From the NCBI GenBank assembly GCA_040954595.2, contig CM082589.2:12102894-12166893 (forward strand): a stretch of DNA of 64,000 bases, given 5' to 3'. The translations under genes were made by a program, and so were the position numbers. This DNA comes from Balanoglossus misakiensis (Eukaryota > Animalia > Hemichordata). Numbering within the stretch: the first letter of the stretch is position 1; each line of letters starts with the position of its first letter. Below, piece by piece: positions 36,541 through 47,350 of this stretch. Under the pieces are notes generated by a model. That model was not told where the DNA came from. It made no database searches and saw nothing but the letters and a program-made list of their open reading frames with translations.

Positions 36541-37557
36541 TTAGAAAGGGACAGCAGCTTAGCTCTATTCCTTTTCCAAAGTGTTTGTTCTTTTAAACTA
36601 CCTGTTTTTTATTTATTCTGATTATGCTAATATGCTAATTTGTCGGTTTGTCACATCACAATTTTTGTAGGAAACTGACCCCTGGGAATTTTTTTCAGCC
36701 ACTGACATACATTCATAATCACATGACATTGATGATCATGGAAAATTTGACCCTTTTCCTTGTAGGACTCAACCAGTGTCCACCAAATCCGTGCCAGAAT
36801 GGTGGCTTCTGTCAACCGGCTCGAAATTCCTGCTTTGATCTCACCTGCATATGTACTGGTTGCTACAAAGGTGATAGGTGTGAGATATGTAAGTATACAG
36901 CGCAGTCTCTTTTACCTTTTGTCTCTGATGCATTCAAATACTGCATGTTTCCTGAGCATAGGTGTAGCCATCACCACAGCAGAGCTTGGAGCGTTCTTGA
37001 CATCGAATGCAAGATTACACTCTTCCCAATCAAAATCACTTTCGTAGCGCATAATGTCTTGATTGTCTTAGTTCAAGAAACATTATGCGCGACTGGCCAA
37101 TTTTACAGCCTTTTGTCAACGCACATCCACTATGGAAATTCTCACTCCAGGCCAGATAGTGTAAATTTGCATATGAGTCTACAGGTATGCTTGAAGTCAA
37201 GTCAAGCATTTGCAAGGAACCCTCCTCCAGTACACAGGTCTTTGATTTCATGAAGGGAAGCCCTTGCCTCACAGTCACTGCCACATGATCTATGGAGGTG
37301 TGAACAACTTGATACCAGCCTAATATAAGTTGTAGGCACAGTCACTCCACACACCCTTGCCATAATTCTGCAAGGTTTTTGCCATATCTGTACTGTAGAA
37401 TGAGTAGCAAGGAATAAAATGGCGTCCTTTCTTAATTTCCAGTGCAAAACCCCTGTGATCCCAACCCATGTATGAATGGTGGATTTTGCCAGCAAACATC
37501 GTGCAATTTCTATTCATGCCAGTGTGTGAACTCTTACACAGGTGACATCTGTCAAAC

Positions 37558-38675
37558 CATAGACCCTAGAGAAAGAAGGACGAGCAACTGCGGCAAAGAT
37601 CAAAGGGTTTGGGGATTATCTGTATGATGATGTTCTTTTGCATATAATTAACACCCAGGACAGTTGGACAATGACTTCCTTACTTCGGCACGTGTCGACC
37701 CCACCAGTGATGCGAAAACTTGCCACCAAACTGACACTCCTGCATTTCAGCAGCCACTGCGTTTTTTTCTAAAATTCTAAAAGTATTACGATGTCTGTGC
37801 TAATTATTATGGTCGTCTGTCGGATGAACGGTCATTTCTAGTGCCACAAGCTTCATTCAAAAATTGTAAACAAATCATCCATGCCAAATTCCTGTTTAAC
37901 TTGTGCAGATGTGTTCCATAAATGATTGCTGCGTTCAACCACGTTGCAGTTTTCTCGTCTTCTGCGAGATGTTCTAAGGTGTTTGTGATAACTTCACGCA
38001 AAACGCGAGACTTTGCGTTAGTTTATACACAGTTTATTTGCAAATTGGATTATTGGGATTTACCTGGAAATAATGTATGCAAAAGAACATCATTTCAAGA
38101 AAAAACTGGAGTTGCGCGTCCTTCTTGCATGTCCGACTGGGCACTCATATTTCTTGGTAACGCTGACACTTTTCGTAATAATTTTATGTTTGCGTGAAGC
38201 ATTGAAACAAAAATTGTGGTTTAGGGGCATTTTATTTCGCAGTGCGTGAACAATAAAACAGATTTCACGAAAACAATTTATAAACAAACTGGCTGGATTT
38301 TCATGTGTGCGCTATTGCCGCCAGGCAACCCTCGGTACGGTTAGCTCACAGCCTTGTGAAATACCCGGACTGTTAGACAAAAGATGCTTGTTTTGGACGC
38401 TGTCAGACTCAGAGGTGCCAAATTCCTGTTTAACTTGTGCAGATGTGTTCCATAAATGATTGCTGCGTTCAACCACGTTGCAGTTTTCTCGTCTTCTGCG
38501 AGATGTTCTAAGGTGTTTGTGATAACTTCACGCAAAACGCGAGACTTTGCGTTAGTTTATACACAGTTTATTTGCAAATTGGATTATTGGGATTTACCTG
38601 GAAATAATGTATGCAAAAGAACATCATTTCAAGAAAAAACTGGAGTTGCGCGTCCTTCTTTCTCTAGGGTCCATG
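37558..38675. mobile_element. P-element-like MITE inserted in EGF exon 4 (copy 2: 52137-53788)
   Basis: ~32-bp TIR cat(a/g)gaccctagagaaagaaggacg; 7-bp TSD gtcaaac; internal 534-bp repeat. Confidence 0.85.
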
Positions 38676-41600
38676 GTCAAACAAGTGAGTATATACTTTC
38701 AAGACACCCTGCAAACAAACAAGCAATCTTTATTCCGTAGATCTTTAAGCATATTTATGCATTGTATATTTTGATGTGAAACTTCAAATTTTATTGGTCT
38801 TGTTGCCAAACTTCTGAAGAAATGAGGATATTGTTTTGAAGGGTATTTTATCAGTAGATAACAAATACCATGGCCCTCCATGCAAATACCCACATGGTAA
38901 ATTATACTGTTACAGGTGTATTTGATTTCCACATATGGATTACATGTGGGATAATATTGGGTGCTGGCAGTTTCAGTAAATGAACTGCTCTTAAAAGTTG
39001 GGTGTCAGGGCACCCTTGACTTCTTATTGTTCAGTTATACATTTAGGAGGCTCAGTTATAGGAGAACCCGATAGAACCACAGCTGTAGGAATTAGGGAAA
39101 TGGTCATACCCTAAAAAACTTATGTCACTACTATTTTTTTTTCATGCCATTGAAACAGAACAAACTCCATGTAGGCCAAGTCCATGCCTGAACAATGGGC
39201 GGTGTACTCAGCTGTCTTGTACAACTTATGAGTGTACTTGTCCAGGATGTTTCACCGGCACACACTGCAGCCAGTGTAAAACTCATTAAAACAAACATTT
39301 GTCATGCAGGAACTAACATTTACAATCATGTCTCAATACATTGCCTGTTGGTCATACTTTATATTTTCATCTTCAGCATCACACCTTGGTCCTTGGGAAT
39401 CGGTCACCTCAAAAATGATGTACAGCTGAAAGAAAACATGTTTATTTGAAGAAAAAACTGTTGATCGTTCATGAAAATTTTCCCTACACAAGATACATAT
39501 ACAGAGATTTTCATAGCCCCATAAGTGCGTCCCAGAATGAGCAAGTTGTTTTTGGAAGTGAAGTTCCGTTCAGTATTTACAGTAATGGTAATGATGATGT
39601 TTTCATCAAACAGATTTTGAAAGTAAATATTGCTGAGATAACATTAGGTTGCACTTTTTATTGCAGTCCAAGATCCAGGCCAGCGAAACAGCTGTCTCAA
39701 CGGGGCTGTATGTAATGCAGTGGCCAACTCCTGCACGGCATATACCTGTGCCTGTACTGGTTGCTATGAGGGTAACCGTTGTGAAATATGTAAGTTTCTG
39801 ACGTACCGTAAATGACAATCTTTTGGGCACTTTCTCTTCATGGCAATTGAATTGTGTGGTAACTTCTCATTTCTAAAATTTCCCCAAGAGAAAAGAAAGG
39901 AAAAGGAAACAGAAATTTCATTTGTATGTCCGTGCAATTTAGGATAGGCACGAACTTGTGAGGAAGTGTACGAAGTTGGATGTTTTCATCACTCAAATAT
40001 ACAAGAGTTGCCTCTTGAAGACTAGTGTCTGTAGAGATAATTGTGCATGTGAGGTAATCTCTCCTAAGGTGGTGCACACCTCTGAGTATTAAGTAAAAGA
40101 GACGTCCTTAATTATCCTTACTATTTGGCTTGAAAAATCAATCTTACTAGGTGTTCTGATTAGAGAGGTGTCCATAAAGACAGGTTTTACTGTATTACCC
40201 AAAATAGAGACATTGTCCCTTCATCATATACTTAATGCGTGTTCTGGGTATGGTTCCAGTATAATGCTTGTGTCAAAGGATTTTGTTGTGGTGCAGGAAT
40301 CATCTTTGGTTGATGTGTAGCCATCTGCATTTCATGTGTTTTAAACTATTTTTTTTTCTGATTGTCATTAACCCATGTGATCAGAATCCGTGTCAAAATG
40401 GAGGCTATTGTTCCAAAACACCAAATTCTTATACTGACTACACCTGTTACTGCCAGTAGTGTTGGACTGGGGCCATCTGTGCCGTAGGTGTGTCGAATTA
40501 CTGTTTTATGACACAGCGTGGTATATAAACCCTCATTTTTGGTATTCTCAATGTGATAGATGGACCCATACACCAATAAATGGGGTGGAAGCATTACTAA
40601 GTTTCATCCTTTCAAAATTTGCTGATGTAGGGTCAAAATTGAGTGTGAGGTGCATGTTAAAAAGGAAAGCCTTCTGTATCATGTTGATGGCACATTTTTT
40701 TAATTTTTCAAGATTCTTACAGAAAAATCCTAGCAATAGCATCATTATGTTATTTTAAATGTAAAGGTTTGAAACAAGGAATGAAGACATTGCTCACATA
40801 TTTAAACGAAATGAACATCACAAGTACATGTACAAGTTTTTGACAAGCAGGTAATTGATACTTTCATTTTTGTTTTGGCAGCCATTGATCAGTTATATCC
40901 TATGCCTTGTCAAAATGGTGGCACATGCGTTGCGTGAGACGGCTGTTTCCTGTTTGACTGTATGTGTACCGAATGCTTCACTGGTGCCACATGTACAATG
41001 CGTAAGTACTAACCAATATTATTTTATTCAATGCAAAACACTTGTTATGTATTATATAATATAAGTACGGTACACATATTAAAGCCCTGGTAACTCAAAC
41101 TTTGGGCTAGCTTAATGTTATCACTATTTTTGTTTTCGGTTGCAACTGTGGTTTCTTGTCACACTCTAAAGGATTTCACAGCATTTGGTTTTTCAAAACA
41201 GCCCTTTGGTTGTTGTCATGTATACATGTACATGACTGTGGAGTGTAGTTTGTAGATTCTGTAATTTTGACAATATCTTGACTGCACATCCCACAGCTGT
41301 CAACCAGTGTCAACCCATCCAGTGTCGGAATGGTGGAAACTGTGTGCTGACGCCCAATTGGTGTACTGAATTCACATGCTCCTGTACAAGCTGTTACTCC
41401 GGCGATTTATGTCAGACATGTGAGTGATTTTAAATTTCAGATGAAGAGGAACATAATAACATAACACATAATCGGCTTGCAGTTGGTTTCTTCCAACCTG
41501 TATCAAACAGTGAATAACGACACAATTTTGGGGAAATTTATTAAGAATGTGTGTGCCATAAAAGGGGATTGTGTATTTGACCAAATAACAACCTGCACCG

Positions 41601-42502
41601 GATGGTACACTAAGACACTATTACACCTGTGTCAAAATTTCATTACGTTTCTTTTGTTGAACATGGAAGAAATTTGTCACAGTGATGTTCTGTTGACCAA
41701 CTGAGATTTTTACCACTCAACCCTGACTGCACAAATCTGTTTAAAGTATATGTAGTAAATATTAACTGTACACAATTTATATCACTTTCTCTTCTGTGCA
41801 CAGATTTGAATCCGTGTCAGCCCAACCCTTGTCTAAACAGTGGATTCTGCCAGCAAGTGTCCTGCACCGAGTTCAGATGCCAGAGTCCACGCTGTTTCAT
41901 CGGAACCACGTGCGCTGAACGTAAGCAAACCAGTGTCAGATTTCCCGCACAAAGTAGAAATCGCTGGGCTTTGTCATTGATATTGTCTCAATAAAGTTGC
42001 CTGTGATTGTGCAGCTAACCAAGAGACTTATATGCACTACGGTAGCCATGATGAATACTTTCATTGACTCAAATGCTCATCAGTGTAGATGTTGCTATTT
42101 TTCCAACCGTAAATTGAAACATCAGAAAGTTATGACATCAACTACCCCCACCCCCACCCCACCCACCCCCAACTAGTAAATATTATAAGATTCAGTAATT
42201 ATGGTAAAGATGGTAGCACCAAGCTTGGATCAAGTGGTCTTCATTATCCTTCACACATGAACATGATCACACGGATGTGCAATCTTCTGACAGTCTGCTA
42301 CAGATTTCACTTCCCACTCAAGTGTGTAAGACCCTAATGTGATACTTTTCATTTCTCTCACCCTTAGCGATCAACCAGTGTCTTCTAAACCCATGTCTGA
42401 ATAACGGAGTGTATCAGCCACTTCAAGGCTCCTGCTCAATCTACACCTGCAACTGTCCAACCTGCTACACTGGGCAAACATGTGTTACATGTAAGTCACA
42501 AG

Positions 42503-43880
42503 TTTTTAGGTCCCATTGGTATGTACCATGGGAACTTATGGGATTGGTTACGTCTGTCTGTATGTATGGATGGATGGATGGATGTATGTCTGTATGTCCG
42601 TCCACATGAAAAACTTGAAAACCGCAGCGCGTATGACCTCGACATTTGGCGTGTAGATGCAGGCAGGGCTGTAGATGGGAGTTTGTTCAAATGAAGATGT
42701 CATTGCCAAAAATATGCAAATTAGCTGGGAAAATGTGAAATTGGTCAAAACTCAAAAACTGGACAACCACTGGTCATATTGATTTGAAAAATGGTATGCA
42801 TGTACCTTATATCAACCTCATACAACCCTGTATGTTTTGAGCTAATATTATCGATTTCCTATTTTTTTTGCATTTTTTTGTATTTTTCCATGTTATTGGT
42901 AAAAGTCTTTGAAATTTAGTATGAAGCCTCCTAATGTTGTCTAAGTAACCATAGTTTTGTTCAAATTGTTGCAAAATTTGCATATCTATAATTTTGAGCA
43001 TTATTTGCCATTTTTGGTCAAAAAATGTTTTTCTTTAAAACCTCATGCCAGATTGCTTTGCAATTTGGTAGGCATGTTCGTAGGGGTAACCTAAATAATA
43101 TGTTGTAAAAAATGTGATATTTGCATAAATGTGTTATCGGGGAAACTTTTGCAATTTTTGTCAAAAATTGTTTTCACTGAAACCGCTTGTCCTATTGCAT
43201 TGAACTTAGGCAGCATGTTCCTTGTAGTGATTGAAGTAAGATATTGTACAATTTTGGTGATATTTGCATATTTGTGTTTTTGCCACTTTTGAACAAATAT
43301 TTTCTGTGAAACTGCTTGTTGGATTGCTTTGAAATTAGTTTTTTCTCTGATTGCTTTGAAATTTAGGATATAATTTCATAACACATACCTGTATATGTGC
43401 AACTTTTATTCAATTCTGAGATCAGAAAGATTAAATATTTAGCGAGTTTTTTTGGTAAGTTTCTTTGTTTTTGGTTAGCAAATCTTCTCCTAAACAAATT
43501 GTCCAGTTGTTTTTAAAGTTACTATTTACAAGGAGTTGTTACCTCGAACAAAGACATGTTTACATAACTTAAATAGGCCAGCTGTTACAGAGACCACCAG
43601 CTATCACATTTTAATTACCAGTGGCAGGTCAGTGTGTGTCTGTTCCAGGGCTGACTGAAAGAAGTTGCTTCGCATATGTGTTTGTGTACAGACAATTTTT
43701 GGTCAATTTTTTTTTCTAGCACCACTTGTAAGACTGCCATGACACATGACAGTTTATTGGGCATGTTCCTTGTTAATGTTTTTACATTGCATATTTCTAT
43801 ATGGTCAGATCATAAGTGCTTGCAAATGTCACCTGTAATTTTTATTCTGCTGTGTCACTGTTTCCGCATAATCCTCAAAT
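42503..43880 (+). mobile_element. DINE-1/HINE-like non-autonomous Helentron (second family; copy at ~57931-59306)
   Basis: tttt + tccca-ttggta-tg-tacca-tggga hairpin + (atgg)n/(gtct)n. The matching sub-TIR aatgggacc and T-run survive in the paralog at ~16828-16860. Confidence 0.65.
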
Positions 43881-44944
43881 GTCATCAGATCTCCGAATGT
43901 GATGAAAACAGTGTGTTTTGAGTGGGTTTTTTAATGACCTTTTGGGTTAAAAGTGGCAAAAATGGCAATTTTGTCTTCAAAGGGGTCAATAAGACTGACT
44001 TTTTTGGAATCAGCACCATTTTTTACATTGAATGGACTAGTCTGCTCAAACTTTCCTTACCAAAAATTCTGTTTAATCTTCTGTAACATGTATACTAGTG
44101 TACATGTAGCTGCCTGATAGTTTGCCCTGTGTGTGTAATTGCTGAGTGACATAACGCATTCTGTGATTGATGCAGTCACGTAACCACCAATCGAACGATT
44201 GTTATAAGGAGAACTGCACGACCTTTAACCGCATTAGCATACCTGATTTTTAGGGCTCGATATTACCTCTGAGGACGCAATATTTAAGTTGAAGTTTTTT
44301 TATTTTATCATATTAGAGCAAGAAGACTTGTCTTTTATGTAAAAGAAATAGACCCTAATATACAGAGTGCATTTTGAAACGATAGGCAGTTCCGGCCCAT
44401 AGCCTAATTCTTCATTTTTCTGTCATGCGTAGGAATTGATTAGTGCTAACAACCCATGTCAAAATGGCAGCACTTGCCAACCCTAACCTCGTGTGTGGCA
44501 TTGACGTGCACCTGCCAAGGATGCTTTACTGGGAACGCTGTGAAAATTGTCAGTCAGTTTCTTTTGTCAAATTAATCAATATGAGTGGGACTGCTATACA
44601 TGTATATAAAACAGAATACTGCGATGGAAAATTATATAACTTAATGTTTCAGTGGATATATGACTTAAAGTTAGCAGTATGCAGTGAATTCAACAGAAAG
44701 TGTAATTTCCTCTTGTGTGAGCTCTGTGCGACTGTGCCAATGAAAATCTCACCACAAACAAAAATGACAGGTATACACTGTATATTAGCAGCTTTGTCTC
44801 TGTAATAGCCATAGTGTTTTGAAGTTGAAAACTTGCAAAGTGTGCAGTTTTATTCACACTACAAAGGAAACATTGTTGAAACGGATTATCTGTGTACATT
44901 GTCAAACTGTACACTTGTCGCGAGATTTATTCTCAATTATATTA

Positions 44945-45370
44945 CTAGTATATCATGCTACCGTCCGCAACTCTGATTGGACGAGAGCTAAATCCAGCGA
45001 TGCTAAAATACTCAATAATGCACTGCTGGCAGTGGTAAAACGGGCTTTCTGTTTGCCACATGGGTTTGTTCTTTAGGTTGTTGTATGTGTTTACACCCAT
45101 CATGTTTATTGTAGAACCAGGGTCGATCAGTGAGGCAACTGCTGTTTGTTCTATCTGCACTGTTACTCGAGGCCTCCTGCCATTTGATTGTTGTACAGTG
45201 AAGCAGTATTCATCTCCCGAGCTGTCTTCCACTTTATGCACAGCTTTGACAGTTTTATCCTTGTCTACCCTATTTGCCTTGCCTTTTGAATGGTAGCATT
45301 TGGCTAAATGGTTAGGTTTGCCACACTTCCTGCATGACTTGCCTTTAGCTGGACATACTGAGTCATGTGG
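44945..45370 (-). mobile_element. Gypsy gag-protease fragment (copy at 60371-60796)
   Basis: CPAKGKSCRKCGKPNH..SLIDPGSTIN; same element as at 17.6-18.6 kb. Confidence 0.85.
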
Positions 45371-45564
45371 TACCATTATTAAAATAGGGGCCAGTCATCA
45401 AAACGTAAGTGAGCCAAAAAACTACAGGTCAGATAAATTGTTTTCTCGTAAATTCAACATTAGAATCAAATTTGGCGTTGGAAACAAACGGCGGGTCGCC
45501 AGTTCCTGGTCTGGAGGCTGGTAGAGTCACGTCTTGAAGACTGGCCCCTATTTTAATAATGGCA
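45371..45564. mobile_element. ~194-bp MITE at the duplication junction (copy at 60797-60990)
   Basis: 26-bp TIR t(a/g)ccattattaaaataggggccagtc. Confidence 0.75.
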
Positions 45565-46692
45565 TTGTCATGACCGGCCAACCTTTGACCTTGGAGACCA
45601 CAATGTAGAGCTATCGATCAGCTTTTCGCGTTTCAATCAAACATTGCAATCACGGGCTAAAATCACTAACTAGTTGATACCTTTTTCGGTGTTTCATCTA
45701 ACCTTTGAAAGGAGTATAATAAAAATGAAATGACCGCACGTAATGTGCATTTCTTGTTCACGTGTGGGGACTATATGTGTGCGTAATGATCCAAATGCAA
45801 GGGGTCGTGTGAACAGGCCTTAAATAATGAGTTTGCGTTAAATAATGAGTTTGCGTTAAATAATAAGTTGACAAACGGCGCGAGTGCATTTTTTCATGGT
45901 TTAGAAATCACTTATTTATATATAATTCAATATATAATGTAAATCACTCATGATATATATATAATAGACTTGCACTTAAATTATTTATAAATCACTCATG
46001 ATATATATATAATACACTTAAATTTTTTTTATTTATAAATAATTAATTATATATAAATAATTATGTACATCACTCATGATATATATATAATAGACTGACA
46101 CTGACATTGTTTATAAATAATTTATTATATATAAATAAAAGAGCATAAAATACATTTTATGTATATAATTGAATCGACTTGAAATTATTTATAAATAAAT
46201 TGTCAGGACTTAAATGGTTTGCAAATCTATAATTACATACATATAAGTATGTTAAATAACGACTTTTGAACAAATAATTTAGCTAAATAATAAGTTAACA
46301 CATGGCACCCCATACAAACATTACGTCCAGTCCAAATATTCTGCCAATTTTACATCCAATGCATTCAAATAGTGGACTGCTTCGCTTTCATCCAGTTTTC
46401 ATGTGCATTGTATAAGTAGACTTTTGTTTTGTCCCGTCTTTTCACCGAATTTGCTCTTTTCCAAATCTCCGACACAGACTATGATCGTCACATTCTTGTC
46501 TGTTGTTAGAACAGCACACTGCCATATGGCATTGACTGTATACAGTTTCTGTTACCAATATCTCTGGTTTGGCATTTTCCTGTCCTCAATCTTTTGCCAG
46601 GGATTTTTGTGTCCCCAACCCGCGTGAGAATCCCACGTCTTTGAAGGTATGACTGTGACTATAAGATTCTATAAATCTCTGTTTATTTTCAG

Positions 46693-47318
46693 CACAAACA
46701 TCATGTGCTGATTGCCCAGCTGGTAACCAATGTCCAAATGGTAACACTGTGATTTTATGCTCGGCTGGTTATTACAGTTCGGCCTTGGACAAAGGATGTC
46801 TCGCTGTACCTCTTGCATAACAGGTAAACTTCTACCCACCAACCTTTATTTCCAACATCAAACATTAGGTCAGGTAATTTACTAACTGAAAAATAGGATG
46901 GGAACATTTTCCATTTCTGTATTTAAAATTTACTGATATAATATATGAATGAAAAAATGACAATTTTTCCAAATTTGAATAGACCTCTATTTATGAAAAT
47001 AATTAAAATTTGCGCCAATTTTTTACAGTGGTATTCAAAGGTTAACTTGGTGTGTAAATTCTTTGTTTGATTTACAGATCAGCCGGTGCTGAACAGTGTA
47101 CTATTTGTGAGCAAGGGTACGCCTGCACAGATCCCAGTGCATCGCAATTCAAGTGTACCAAGGGTTACGTGTCATTGGCTGGTGCAACAAACTGTACCAG
47201 ATGTACAAATGGTAAGATTGTGGTACTTGTTCAGTTTGCTGTGTGATGAAACTGAGTGGTATGTGTGTATGCATGTATGTGTTTACAACAGATTTTCAAG
47301 TCAGTGCGACTGGGGTTA

Positions 47319-47350
<32 letters not shown>

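Larger units (their letters stand above)
35507..44548 (+). pseudogene. Array of 12 phase 1-1 EGF-like exons (copy 1): 35507-35636, 35867-35989, 36766-36888, 37443-37557, 39159-39275, 39667-39789, 40365-40487, 40882-41001, 41297-41419, 41804-41920, 42368-42490, 44433-44548
   Basis: Most are 117-123 bp with NPC.NGG.C..C.C..CY.G..C. Stops in exons 2, 7 and 8; frameshifts in 1 and 12; lost acceptor in 7; TE insertion in 4; Cys losses in 6, 10 and 11. Confidence 0.88.

Noticed and set aside
36648-37253. 201-aa ORF as a stand-alone EGF protein
   Set aside because: Only 36766-36888 is exon-like; the rest is intron read-through past clear splice sites.
35507-44548. Assignment to Notch, fibropellin, Crumbs or SCUBE
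   Set aside because: No LNR, ankyrin, CUB, laminin-G or TM domain was seen and the Cys spacing is atypical, so no gene symbol is supportable.
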